DNA from: an uncultured Candidatus Saccharibacteria bacterium
GTDB taxonomy: Bacteria; Patescibacteriota; Minisyncoccia; Phycocordibacterales; JBBTRF01
Reading direction: 5' to 3'
Assembly: GCA_964602975.1 (NCBI GenBank)
Contig: CAZRTH010000002.1
Span: forward strand, 7,668 to 71,667
DNA length: 64,000 nucleotides
Part shown: in pieces, positions 39,232 through 51,743 of the stretch
How the letters are laid out: each line of letters opens with the position of its first letter
Numbering within the stretch: the first letter of the stretch is position 1
Program-made: the position numbers and the translations under genes
The notes under the pieces: generated by a model
The model's input: only the letters and a program-made list of their open reading frames with translations
Told to the model about the DNA's origin: nothing
The model's database searches: none

Positions 39232-40959
39232 ATGGACATCATCGATCTTCTGGTACAAAGAAAGGTAGTCAATCCTGCTGATGCTCAGGCTATTCGGAGC
39301 GAGGTAAAGAAATCAAAGGATATCAACGAAGTGCTCCGCCGCCGCGGCATCGACCCTGCTGAGGTACTCAAAAGCAAGGCGGAATATTTCAGCGTGCCGA
39401 CGGCGGCGGTAGGGAACGCCGGCGTACCGTTCGAGGTGCTCAAATACATCCCCGAAGAATCCGCCACCTACTACCAGTTCGTTCCATTGGCCCTGACCGA
39501 CGGAGTCTTGGAGGTGGGAATGCTCAATCCCGACAATATCGAAGCCCGCGATGCTCTCAACTTTATTTCCACCAAGGCCAACCTGCCGTACAAGATCTTC
39601 CTCATCTCGCAGGAGGATTTCGACAAAGTACTTCAATCCTACAAAGGCATTTCCGGCGAAGTGACCCAGGCGCTCAACGAGCTCGACACTCAGTTCACCG
39701 GCCCTGCTAGTACGGCCAAAAATAGCGATGATGAAGGGTTGCTCAGCTCCGGCGCTTTCGAAGGCGACGCGCATATCAAGGAAGATGCGCCAGTCACCAA
39801 GATCGTCACCACTATTTTGCACTATGCCACCGAAGGAAATGCTTCCGATATTCATATTGAGGCGATGGAGGACACCGTGCGAGTGCGTTTCCGAGTGGAC
39901 GGCGCGTTGGTGACCAGCCTCACTTTGCCGATCAAAGTGCATTCGGCGCTGGTGGCTCGTATCAAGATCCTCTGCAACATGAAGATCGACGAAAAGCGCA
40001 AGCCGCAGGACGGTCGTTTCAGTTTCATGATCGGCACCCAGAAGATCGACTACCGAGTCTCCACTTTTCCCGCGTACTACGGTGAAAAAGTGGTGATGCG
40101 AATCCTCGATTCGGCGAAGGGCGTCCGTCCGCTCGATCAAATGGGTCTCAGTGCGCGAAATTTGAAAACGATCCAAGACGCGATCGCCCGCCCATACGGA
40201 CTGATCCTCATTTCCGGTCCGACTGGTTCCGGAAAATCGACCACCCTCTATTCGATGCTCAACTCGATTGACAAGGAAATTCACAATGTGCTTTCGCTCG
40301 AGGATCCAGTGGAATACAACATTCCCGGTATGAGCCAGTCGCAGGTGCGGCCGGAGATCGGCTACACCTTTGCCACTGGTCTGCGTACTACGCTCCGTCA
40401 GGACCCAGACATCATCATGGTGGGAGAAATTCGAGACAAAGAGACAGCGCAGCTTGCCGTGCAAGCTGCGCTCACTGGCCACTTGGTGCTTTCCACTATT
40501 CACACCAACAACGCCGCCGGCGTCATCCCACGTCTTCTCGATATGGGAGTCGATCCGTTCCTCATTGGCCCGACTTTGATCTGCGCGATTGCTCAGCGTC
40601 TTGTCCGTACCCTCTGCGAAAATGGCGGCAAGGAGGTGCCGGTGGAAGGGCATATCAAGCAGCTGATAGACAAAGAGTTTGCCGACCTACCAAAAGAATT
40701 CCTCTCGGAGATTCCGAAGGGAGATGTCGTGTATGAAGCGCTGGTCACTGACGATTGTCCAAAGGGCACGCTCGGTCGCGCTGCGGTGATGGAGGTGCTT
40801 TCGATGGACAAGGACATCGAAAAAGTGATCCTGAAAGGCCCGACCGAGGTGGAGATCCTCAAGGTGGCCCGAGCGAAGGGGATGCTCACGATGAAAGAGG
40901 ATGCTATTATAAAGGCATTCCAGCGGAAGATTCCATTCGAGGAGGTGACGAGCTTGTAG
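39232..40959 (+). CDS. pilB: Type IV pilus extension ATPase PilB/GspE
   Basis: ASDIHIE, PQDGR, GPTGSGKSTT, LRQDPD, TGHLV. Confidence 0.93.
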   Translation: MDIIDLLVQRKVVNPADAQAIRSEVKKSKDINEVLRRRGIDPAEVLKSKAEYFSVPTAAVGNAGVPFEVLKYIPEESATYYQFVPLALTDGVLEVGMLNPDNIEARDALNFISTKANLPYKIFLISQEDFDKVLQSYKGISGEVTQALNELDTQFTGPASTAKNSDDEGLLSSGAFEGDAHIKEDAPVTKIVTTILHYATEGNASDIHIEAMEDTVRVRFRVDGALVTSLTLPIKVHSALVARIKILCNMKIDEKRKPQDGRFSFMIGTQKIDYRVSTFPAYYGEKVVMRILDSAKGVRPLDQMGLSARNLKTIQDAIARPYGLILISGPTGSGKSTTLYSMLNSIDKEIHNVLSLEDPVEYNIPGMSQSQVRPEIGYTFATGLRTTLRQDPDIIMVGEIRDKETAQLAVQAALTGHLVLSTIHTNNAAGVIPRLLDMGVDPFLIGPTLICAIAQRLVRTLCENGGKEVPVEGHIKQLIDKEFADLPKEFLSEIPKGDVVYEALVTDDCPKGTLGRAAVMEVLSMDKDIEKVILKGPTEVEILKVARAKGMLTMKEDAIIKAFQRKIPFEEVTSL

Positions 40960-40974
40960 AGTAACAACACAATA

Positions 40975-41370
40975 ATGGAAAACAACAACAAAAAGAAAAT
41001 ACTCATCGTGGATGACGACCGCTTCTTGGTGAACATGTACTCGATCAAATTCAAGAGCGCCGGCTTCGATGTATACTCGGCATTCGATGGGCAGGAAACG
41101 TTGACCAAGCTCAAGGACGGTCTCGTTCCTGATGTACTTATGCTCGATATGATCCTGCCAACAATGGATGGAGTGGAGATCCTTGCCCACATTCGAAAGG
41201 AGAATTTGGCGCCGAAGGCGAAGGTGGTAATCCTCTCCAATCAGAACCAGCCAACCGATATCGAGCGAGCAAAGTCGCTTGGTATCAGCGGCTACATCGT
41301 GAAGGCGACCACTATTCCGTCGGAAGTGGTGACGGAGATCCAGCAGATACTCAAGGAGTCATCACAATAA
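40975..41370 (+). CDS. Single-domain response regulator
   Basis: ILIVDDD, LD..LP.MDG, YIVK. Confidence 0.9.
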   Translation: MENNNKKKILIVDDDRFLVNMYSIKFKSAGFDVYSAFDGQETLTKLKDGLVPDVLMLDMILPTMDGVEILAHIRKENLAPKAKVVILSNQNQPTDIERAKSLGISGYIVKATTIPSEVVTEIQQILKESSQ

Positions 41371-41371
41371 G

Positions 41372-42439
41372 ATGCAAAACGAATATCGCGCACAACTCGA
41401 AGGCTTGCTCGCCGCGGTACTCGCCGAAGGCGCTTCCGACCTGCATGTTTCCGAAGGGAAGCGGCCGGTGATGCGCATTTCAGGACAGCTATTGCCGATG
41501 GTGAAGGAGGAGATGCTCTCTACTGCCGCAATCAGCGGTTTTGCTTCCGTGCTGATGACCGCGGAACGCAAACTGACTTTTTTGAACACACGAGAGGCCG
41601 ATTTTGCATACGACTTTCAGGGCAAAGCCCGTTTTCGCGTCAATGGTTTCTTCCAGCAAGGTATGATGGGCTTTGCCCTGCGTCTCATCCCGAAGGATAT
41701 CCGCTCGATCGAGGATCTTGGCCTGCCGACGATTTTGAATACGTTTACCGAAAAGCCACAAGGCTTCTTCCTGGTGGTCGGTCCGGTTGGACAGGGCAAA
41801 TCGACTACTCTGGCTGGGATGATCGAATACATCAATCGCCAGCGTGCCGCGCATATTCTCACGATCGAAGACCCGATCGAGTATATCTATGAAGCAAAGC
41901 GCTCTATTATCAATCAGCGTGAGGTTGGTATCGACACAAAAAGCTTTCCTACCGCTCTCGCCGCCATGTTTCGAGAAGATATCAATGTTGCCTTGGTGGG
42001 GGAGATGCGCGATGCCGAAACGATCTCCACTGCCGTGACCGCCGCGGAGACTGGCCATCTTGTCCTTTCCACTTTGCATACTAACAATGCCGCTCAGACG
42101 ATAAACCGTATCATCGACAGCTTCCCCGCCAGCCAGCAGGATCAGATCCGTGCACAGCTCGCCGCCAGCCTCACCGGTATCTTTTCTCAGCGCCTCATTC
42201 CACGAGTATCTGGCGGCTTGATCCCCGCATACGAATTGCTCATCAACAACACCGCAGTCGGCAACCTCATCCGTGAAAAGCGGGTACACGAGATCAATAC
42301 CGTCATCGAGACCAGCTCCGAACAGGGCATGGTGAGCATGGACCGTTGTCTCGCGGAATTGGTCCGATCAGGCGAGATTACGGTCGAAAACGCCTACCTT
42401 CATTCCACCAACACCAAGATTTTGGAGCGACTGCTCTAA
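41372..42439 (+). CDS. pilT: Type IV pilus retraction ATPase PilT
   Basis: ASDLH, GQGKSTT, EDPIE, GEMRD, AVGNLIRE. Confidence 0.93.
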   Translation: MQNEYRAQLEGLLAAVLAEGASDLHVSEGKRPVMRISGQLLPMVKEEMLSTAAISGFASVLMTAERKLTFLNTREADFAYDFQGKARFRVNGFFQQGMMGFALRLIPKDIRSIEDLGLPTILNTFTEKPQGFFLVVGPVGQGKSTTLAGMIEYINRQRAAHILTIEDPIEYIYEAKRSIINQREVGIDTKSFPTALAAMFREDINVALVGEMRDAETISTAVTAAETGHLVLSTLHTNNAAQTINRIIDSFPASQQDQIRAQLAASLTGIFSQRLIPRVSGGLIPAYELLINNTAVGNLIREKRVHEINTVIETSSEQGMVSMDRCLAELVRSGEITVENAYLHSTNTKILERLL

Positions 42440-42463
42440 TATTAGCCAAAGCACTGCATCCAC

Positions 42464-43666
42464 ATGATCTTCAACTACACTACAATCGACCAAGCAGGGG
42501 CAAAGACCCAGGGAACCATCGACGCTGTGAGCGTGGATGTGGCGATCAGCTCTTTGCAGCGCCGCGGACTCACTATCGTCACGATCAAGGCGGAGCAAAA
42601 AGGCTCCGCGCTGGAAAAACTCTCCTTCTTCGGTCGGATCACCAACAAAGATGTGGTCATCTTGTCACGTCAGATGTCCACCTTGTTCTCAGCACAGATC
42701 TCCGCTCTGCGCGTCTTCCGCCTACTCGGATCGGAAACCGAAAAGCCGCAGCTGCGTGCAGTGTTGAACACAGTGGGCGACGATCTCCAAGGAGGCATGC
42801 TCATTTCCAAGGCTCTCTCAAAGCATCCGGAAGCATTTTCCGACTTCTATGTGAACATGGTGCGTTCCGGCGAGGAATCCGGCAAGCTCGACCAGATCCT
42901 GCTCTATTTGGCAGATTATCTCGACCGATCTTTCGAGGTGACCTCGAAAGCGAAGAACGCTCTCATTTATCCGATCTTCGTGATCGCTACTTTTATAGTG
43001 GTGATGACCCTGATGCTCACTATGGTGATCCCAAATATCAGCAGTATTTTGGAAGAATCAGGCCAGGCGATACCGATCTACACGAAGATCGTGCTGGGGA
43101 TAAGCCACATCGCTGTCGGATATGGTATTTACGTCTTCCTGGCGCTGGTGATTGGCGGTTTCTTTCTCTATCGTTTTGCCCGCACAGCCGATGGTGGTAT
43201 GGCGTTGAACCGTTTCCAGATCTCCTTGCCATATATCGGCACGCTCTACAAAAAGCTCTACCTTTCGCGTATTGCGGACAACATGAACACAATGCTTTTG
43301 AGCGCGATTCCGATCGTGAAGGCCCTAGAGGTGACTGGTTCGGTGGTGGGAAGCGCGGTATATCGCTCGGTACTCGGCAAGATCCTCGAAGAAGTGAAGA
43401 CGGGTAGCTCTTTGGCCGAGGCTTTTGGCCGATACTCGGAGATTCCGACTATCATGGTGCAAATGGTGAAAGTAGGCGAAGAAACGGGCGAATTAGGCAA
43501 TATTTTGCAGAATCTTTCGAAGTTTTACAGCCGAGAGGTGACCAACGCGGTGGACACTTTGGTGGGTTTGATCGAGCCGGCGATGATCGTCACTCTCGGT
43601 ATCGGCGTGGCTATCTTGCTCGCTTCCGTGCTTATTCCGATCTACAACATCTCCGCGGGGGCTTAA
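42464..43666 (+). CDS. pilC: Type IV pilus platform protein PilC/GspF
   Basis: GEESGKLD, ALIYP, GEETGEL, LIEP. Confidence 0.93.
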   Translation: MIFNYTTIDQAGAKTQGTIDAVSVDVAISSLQRRGLTIVTIKAEQKGSALEKLSFFGRITNKDVVILSRQMSTLFSAQISALRVFRLLGSETEKPQLRAVLNTVGDDLQGGMLISKALSKHPEAFSDFYVNMVRSGEESGKLDQILLYLADYLDRSFEVTSKAKNALIYPIFVIATFIVVMTLMLTMVIPNISSILEESGQAIPIYTKIVLGISHIAVGYGIYVFLALVIGGFFLYRFARTADGGMALNRFQISLPYIGTLYKKLYLSRIADNMNTMLLSAIPIVKALEVTGSVVGSAVYRSVLGKILEEVKTGSSLAEAFGRYSEIPTIMVQMVKVGEETGELGNILQNLSKFYSREVTNAVDTLVGLIEPAMIVTLGIGVAILLASVLIPIYNISAGA

Positions 43667-43679
43667 AAGGCGACAAGGG

Positions 43680-43709
43680 AAGGCCCGCGCCGTACGGCGC
43701 GGGCCTTTT
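43680..43709 (+). terminator. Terminator after pilC, immediately followed by a perfect DnaA box TTATCCACA (43711-43719)
   Basis: AAGGCCCGCGCCGTACGGCGCGGGCCTTTT. Confidence 0.75.
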
Positions 43710-43862
43710 GTTATCCACAGCCTTATTTCCACGGCCAAATATCAGGAGTATAATAGGAAGCAAGGTTTGTATACGACCTTCTGCAACGAAGGCGGTCGAG
43801 GGGAAAACCGGAAATATTCATTCAATTACATTATCAAACATTAGAATTTAATCGATTTATAT

Positions 43863-44291
43863 ATGAAACATTCACGAGGTTTTACACTCATCGAATTGTT
43901 GGTAGTGATCGCGATCATCGGTATCTTGTCTTCAGTCGTATTGGCAAGCTTGAATAGCGCTCGAAGCAAGGGTGCTGACGCGAACATCAAGTCAAACTTG
44001 AACAATCTTCGAACTCAGGCCGCCCTCTATTACGATACGAACAACCATTACGGTTTGTCTACTGGATCGACCACAGACACCACTGTTTGCGCAACAGGCC
44101 TTTTTGCTGATCCTACCGTTAGTCAGATGATTACTTCGATCAAGTCAAATGGTGTTGCATTGAGCTGCGTCAGTGGACAATACGGATACGTGATCTCTTC
44201 AGCTCTTAAGAGCGGAGGAAATTGGTGTGTTGACTATACAGGTAGCGCTACGAGCACTACAGCAAACCTTGCGCAAGGCAAGTGTAGCTAG
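43863..44291 (+). CDS. Type IV pilin, probably the major pilin
   Basis: G|FTLIELLVVIAIIG; own TATAAT promoter, AT-rich leader, strong terminator. Confidence 0.9.
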   Translation: MKHSRGFTLIELLVVIAIIGILSSVVLASLNSARSKGADANIKSNLNNLRTQAALYYDTNNHYGLSTGSTTDTTVCATGLFADPTVSQMITSIKSNGVALSCVSGQYGYVISSALKSGGNWCVDYTGSATSTTANLAQGKCS

Positions 44292-44324
44292 TCTTTTGGG
44301 GCGATAGTTCCATAAGCTCGACAG

Positions 44325-44361
44325 AGAGCAAAAAATCCCCCTTAAGGGGATTTTTTGCTCT
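44325..44361. terminator. Bidirectional terminator after the major pilin
   Basis: AGAGCAAAAAATCCCC/GGGGATTTTTTGCTCT. Confidence 0.85.
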
Positions 44362-44415
44362 AGTATTATCTAAGAGGGAGTGTATAATATCCTCATATCA
44401 TACTTAGTATTCATT

Positions 44416-44889
44416 ATGAAGACGAAATACAAAAAAAATAAGGGTTTTACATTGATGGAATTGTTGGTAGTGATCGCGATCATCGGACTGCTGATTAGTA
44501 TCGTCACGGTAAGCATCCGATCGAGCCGATCAAAGGGTACGGATACCGGAGTAAAGCGAGGCTTATCCGAGCTCCAGAAGCAGGCAGAGATCTATTACTA
44601 CGAGAATAGCAACTCCTATTCAGGACTCTGTGCTACTAATAAGGTTCAGACACAGTTGGCGAATACTGCCAAGTCTTCAGGCATCACCACTGTAAATGGT
44701 AACGGCGTTGCAGGGGCATGGAATCAAGCAACTTGTCACGACAGCGTACGAGAGTGGGCTGCAGAGGTTCCTATGGCGGATTCTGTATCCGATAATGAAA
44801 TTGCGATGTGGTGCGTTGATGGCGCCGGCAAAGCAGAGAAGACTACCACGGTGTTTGTGGAAGATACTATTGTTTGCCCAACTATATAA
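44416..44889 (+). CDS. Type IV pilin
   Basis: G|FTLMELLVVIAIIG; WCVD. Confidence 0.9.
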   Translation: MKTKYKKNKGFTLMELLVVIAIIGLLISIVTVSIRSSRSKGTDTGVKRGLSELQKQAEIYYYENSNSYSGLCATNKVQTQLANTAKSSGITTVNGNGVAGAWNQATCHDSVREWAAEVPMADSVSDNEIAMWCVDGAGKAEKTTTVFVEDTIVCPTI

Positions 44890-45398
44890 TGAAGACTTTT
44901 TTCCTCAAATCGAGTCGCAAAGGATTCACTCTTATAGAATTGTTGGTAGTGATCGCGATCATCGGCTTGCTTTCATCCGTAGTGTTGAGCAGTCTTAATA
45001 CCGCTCGATCAAAGGGGAGGGACGCTCGGCGAATTTCCGATGTAAAACAGATACAGCTCGCTCTCGAATTGTATGCGGATCAGAATCTTGGCAGGTATCC
45101 GCAGACGTTGTGTACGGGAACTACCGGTTGCATTGCTCCAACTTACATTTCGACGCTTCCTACCGATCCAAGCACCGGTGCAAATTATGCTTACGCCGCT
45201 CTCGGATCTCTGACAGCTTGTACCGGCTATCATATTGGGACGGCGCTTGAGCTGAACAACCCAGTATTGGGCGGCGACGCGGATGCGGTTTCTACGACTG
45301 GTATTTGCAGCGGTAGCAACGCAAACTTCGCTGGTGACTCAGAAGCATGCACGACTACTTCAGGTACTGAAAAGTGTTTCGATGTAGTAAATCAATAA
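44889..45398 (+). CDS. Type IV pilin (GspG-like)
   Basis: G|FTLIELL, RDARRISD..ALELY, LPTDP. Confidence 0.9.
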   Translation: MKTFFLKSSRKGFTLIELLVVIAIIGLLSSVVLSSLNTARSKGRDARRISDVKQIQLALELYADQNLGRYPQTLCTGTTGCIAPTYISTLPTDPSTGANYAYAALGSLTACTGYHIGTALELNNPVLGGDADAVSTTGICSGSNANFAGDSEACTTTSGTEKCFDVVNQ

Positions 45399-45399
45399 G

Positions 45400-46230
45400 A
45401 TGCCGGCGGACGCTTTCTCTATTGCCGCCGTATTCGTGCTCGGTACATTGATCGGCAGCTTTTTGAATGTTGTCGTGCTGAGATACAACACCGGCCGCCT
45501 CAAGCAAGCGCTTTTGGGAGGTGGCCGGTCCGCTTGTTTTTCCTGCGACAAGCCGCTAGCTTGGTACGAGCTCATTCCGATCCTAAGCTTTTTGGCTCAA
45601 GGCGGACGCTGTCGCAGCTGCAAGAGTCGCCTGTCTTGGCAGTATCCGATCGTCGAGCTGTTGAGCGGCGCGCTTTTTGTGATCGCTTTTTTGCACGAGA
45701 CGGCACCCGCGCCGCTCCTGCTGTCGCTCGTCTCCTTGTCTCTCTTGGTGGTGATCGGCGCGTATGATCTGCGACACAAGATCATTCCCGACGGGCTCGT
45801 GTACGCTTTTGCCGCGATATCGCTCGTGTACGCTTTTCTTCTCTTGCCCTCATTCATGCCTGTGGCCTTCTTTTCGGCCGCCTGGCCTGTGCTCGCTGCC
45901 GGTCCACTCCTCGCGCTGCCGTTCTGTCTCCTGTGGAAGTTCTCAAAAGGCCGCTGGATCGGCTTGGGCGATGGCAAGCTCGCTTTGGGCATGGGCTGGT
46001 TTTTGGGGCTGGCGGGTGGCATTTCGGCCGTCGTACTGGCCTTTTGGGTAGGGGCGGTGGTGGCGATAGCGATACTTGTCATTCAGCGTTGTTGCCCGAG
46101 CCTCGGCACGCGTTGGCACATGAAGAGTGAGATCCCATTCGCCCCATTTCTCATCCTCGCTACGGTCATCGTGTATGCGACAGGGGTGATGCCGACCGGT
46201 ATTGTCCTCTTTGTCCAGAACCTCTTTTGA
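45400..46230 (+). CDS. pilD: Prepilin peptidase
   Basis: GSFLNVV, CxxC..CxxC, YDL, GLGD.KL, PFAPF. Confidence 0.93.
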   Translation: MPADAFSIAAVFVLGTLIGSFLNVVVLRYNTGRLKQALLGGGRSACFSCDKPLAWYELIPILSFLAQGGRCRSCKSRLSWQYPIVELLSGALFVIAFLHETAPAPLLLSLVSLSLLVVIGAYDLRHKIIPDGLVYAFAAISLVYAFLLLPSFMPVAFFSAAWPVLAAGPLLALPFCLLWKFSKGRWIGLGDGKLALGMGWFLGLAGGISAVVLAFWVGAVVAIAILVIQRCCPSLGTRWHMKSEIPFAPFLILATVIVYATGVMPTGIVLFVQNLF

Positions 46231-46244
46231 CTTACAATAGAAGC

Positions 46245-46949
46245 ATGAAGCAAGGGTTTACACTCTTCGAAATGCTAGTGTCTTTGGGTATTTTTATGCT
46301 TTTGACGACTACCTTGCTGGTGAAAAATTCGCAGTTCAAAGGCAACATAGTGATCGGCAACGTGGCATACCAGCTTGCTCTCACATTTCGCGAGGCTCAG
46401 GCATACGGGGTGAATGTTCGTGGCGTAGACAACCCTTCCGCCGATCCTTCAAAACCGTACATCTACACGACTCCGTACGGAGTGCACTTCGATTCTACAC
46501 AGGATTCGTCCTATCTTCTTTTTGGTGACACACTTCCTGCTGCAGCACAGGGATCTTCGGCAATGGGTGACCGCAAGTACACCAGTGAATTTGGCACAGC
46601 AGACGTTCTCGTGCGCACATACCAGATGCCATTTGGCAGTACCGTGCTGAAGTTCTGTACCAAGAAAGCTCTGCAGGATCCTGTTTGTGGCGGCGGAGGA
46701 GCGTCCGAGATCTCTTGGCTCGACGTCACGTTTTTGCGTCCGCAACTGAGCGCGGCCATCCGCGATTCTTCGAGACCGGAACTACCAGCCTCGGAACGAT
46801 ATGCCGATTCTGCTGTCGTATTCGTGAAGAATACTCAGGGCGTATGCAAAGCCGTGAAAGTGACAAAGGTCGGGCAGGTGACGGTGGTCGAAGATCCGAA
46901 AACATTGACCGACGGGTATGGCGAAAAGGTCTCTGGATTGTGTTTGTAG
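46245..46949 (+). CDS. Minor pilin
   Basis: G|FTLFEMLV. Confidence 0.85.
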   Translation: MKQGFTLFEMLVSLGIFMLLTTTLLVKNSQFKGNIVIGNVAYQLALTFREAQAYGVNVRGVDNPSADPSKPYIYTTPYGVHFDSTQDSSYLLFGDTLPAAAQGSSAMGDRKYTSEFGTADVLVRTYQMPFGSTVLKFCTKKALQDPVCGGGGASEISWLDVTFLRPQLSAAIRDSSRPELPASERYADSAVVFVKNTQGVCKAVKVTKVGQVTVVEDPKTLTDGYGEKVSGLCL

Positions 46950-46962
46950 TTGTTTGTGCAAA

Positions 46963-47508
46963 ATGAAACGCTTTATTTTACAAAAGAATAGGGGGGCGAA
47001 TGGAAGAATGCCGTGCGAAAAGGGCAATGCCGGCTTTACGCTGATCGAAATGATCGTCTCGCTCTCGCTCTTTATTTCCGTGATGACCGTGGCGGCAAGT
47101 TCGATGCTCTCTATCATCGATGCCAACCGAAAGTCCCAGGCCACCAACACTGCCGTCGACAACCTGAACTTCGTCATCGATGAAATGTCTCGATCGTTGC
47201 GCACCGGCAAGAATTGGGTCGTTTCGAGCGATGGCAAGACCGTTTCTTTCCAGACCCAAACCGGCGCGGCCGCGACCTACTATCTTGAAAATGAGCAGAT
47301 CAAAGTACAGGCCGGATTGGAGACGGGGCAGGCACTCACGGACCCGAATTTGGTGGTCGACGTGTTGCGATTCTATCTCGATCCGCAGCCGCTGACAGCT
47401 CAGCCTTTTCTGCATCTGCTCCTTCGAACACACGTGAGCGACAAGGCAAAATATCGCAGCGACGTGAACATTTCCACCACTATTAGCCAGCGAACGTTAA
47501 ACCGATGA
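46963..47508 (+). CDS. Minor pilin (PilW-like)
   Basis: G|FTLIEMIV. Confidence 0.85.
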   Translation: MKRFILQKNRGANGRMPCEKGNAGFTLIEMIVSLSLFISVMTVAASSMLSIIDANRKSQATNTAVDNLNFVIDEMSRSLRTGKNWVVSSDGKTVSFQTQTGAAATYYLENEQIKVQAGLETGQALTDPNLVVDVLRFYLDPQPLTAQPFLHLLLRTHVSDKAKYRSDVNISTTISQRTLNR

Positions 47509-48092
47509 GTATGCAATCGCACAAAAAAGGCTTCACTCTTTTGGAAACGCTCGTCGCCGTATCTTTGTTGATGATCGCCATTGTTGGCCCGCTCACTATC
47601 GCGCAGAAGAGCGTGAAGACGTCTTCGTATACGAAAAATCGCGTCACCGCCTACTATCTCGCCCAGGACGCCCTCGAATTTTTGCGTAATATCCGTGATA
47701 CCAATTCACTCCGGGGATTTGATTGGAATCGGCTGCTGCTCGCATACAGCGCATGTTTGGAAGGGGTGGGGAGTGGAAAGTGCGATATTGAATCGTTGAA
47801 CAGTCCGGATACTGTTGTATTGAATCCAGGTACCAGCCAGAGCACGGGGAATATCATTCTCTTTCCTTGCGCTGTCACTTGTCCGAATCTGACCTTCTTC
47901 TCCTCTTTCGGCTATTACGGCCATCTACCGGGCACGGAAAGCCAATTCCGCCGCGAGATCACGATCACGCCGCTGAACACCTCTCCGGACAATCGCGAGC
48001 TGCTCATCCGTGTCGATGTGATCTGGAATGAAAGCATTCTCGGCGGAGAAAAGAAGATCTCATTGTATGATGAAGTATATGATTGGCAATAA
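47505..48092 (+). CDS. Minor pilin (PilV-like)
   Basis: G|FTLLETLVA, AYYLAQDALE. Confidence 0.85.
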   Translation: MSMQSHKKGFTLLETLVAVSLLMIAIVGPLTIAQKSVKTSSYTKNRVTAYYLAQDALEFLRNIRDTNSLRGFDWNRLLLAYSACLEGVGSGKCDIESLNSPDTVVLNPGTSQSTGNIILFPCAVTCPNLTFFSSFGYYGHLPGTESQFRREITITPLNTSPDNRELLIRVDVIWNESILGGEKKISLYDEVYDWQ

Positions 48093-48093
48093 C

Positions 48094-50780
<2,687 letters not shown>

Positions 50781-50808
50781 GGCGGGGTTGTCGGCAGTGT
50801 TTTTTGAC

Positions 50809-50863
50809 TACCCGCGGATTTTGCATACGAAAGTATGAAGAAAGTATGCAAAATCCGCGGGTA
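50809..50863. repeat. 55-bp palindromic repeat, copy 1
   Basis: TACCCGCGGATTTTGCATAC-GAAAGTATGAAGAAA-GTATGCAAAATCCGCGGGTA; second copy at 63441. Confidence 0.9.
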
Positions 50864-50975
50864 CTTATTTTTGTCGAGGCATACCGTCGCTCTTTCCTTC
50901 AGTGTTCGAAAAAATAAATAAAAAGCACCGCATCCGTGGTGGATGCGGGCCGTTCAAAGATAGGTCTGGTCGATC

Positions 50976-51215
50976 TCAGGCTTCCGTCTCGACGATGTCA
51001 TCGAACAGGTGAGCGATTGAGCCAAAGCCAGCCGAACCGGAGTCCTGCCAGGTGAGCCCCTCCTCTTCATGCGGACTCTCGGGCAGCGTTGATGTCTCCA
51101 CGGTCACGAACGTGAGGAGGAGAAAGGTGGCAACCTTCCAGTTCCGACGCGCTTTCTTGGTGTGACCCTTGTATTCGGCTTCTGTGGCGTGGGCGATGTG
51201 CTTTCCAGGACCCAT
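50976..51215 (-). CDS. Small hypothetical protein (uncertain)
   Basis: 79-aa ORF in an otherwise empty gap; hairpin after the stop. Confidence 0.3.
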   Translation of the reverse strand: MGPGKHIAHATEAEYKGHTKKARRNWKVATFLLLTFVTVETSTLPESPHEEEGLTWQDSGSAGFGSIAHLFDDIVETEA

Positions 51216-51371
51216 AGGTGTTCAATGTTTTCGAATTGTCCCCGACAACGTATGTCGAGAACGGTGCTAAGGCACTAGCGGAAAAGTGTACAACACTTCT
51301 ACCAAAATAGCAACTACGGCAGCCTGTGGATTAGGGGCGTCGGCGAAAGAGATATGTTATGATACCCGAAT

Positions 51372-51710
51372 ATGCTGGAAATAAAGGATATCGAGAAACT
51401 GGCTGCGCTCTCGCGCATTTCGCTGACGGATGCAGAAAAGGTTCAAATGCGTTCAGAAATTGAGGCGATTTTGGGCTATGTGGCACAGATCCAAAAAGTC
51501 TCCGGAACTCCGAAAACAGCCGAAGAACGCGCCAAAAAGAAGGAGGAAGTGCGAAACGTGCTTCGTGAAGACGGTAGCGAGACAGTCGATCAGCTTGCCG
51601 GCCAGCCTAGTGCGCGCATGCACATCCCTGGCGAATATTCTGAGGCATTGTTGGCCAATGCACCGAAGCGACAAGGCCGCTTTGTGAAAGTGAAGAAAAT
51701 TTTGTCCTAA
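51372..51710 (+). CDS. gatC: Asp/Glu-tRNA amidotransferase subunit C
   Basis: LAALSRI..ILGYV..NVLRED..NAP..FVKVKKIL; directly upstream of gatA. Confidence 0.92.
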   Translation: MLEIKDIEKLAALSRISLTDAEKVQMRSEIEAILGYVAQIQKVSGTPKTAEERAKKKEEVRNVLREDGSETVDQLAGQPSARMHIPGEYSEALLANAPKRQGRFVKVKKILS

Positions 51711-51743
51711 ACAAACACATCGCGCGAGCGCTACAAACATTCC

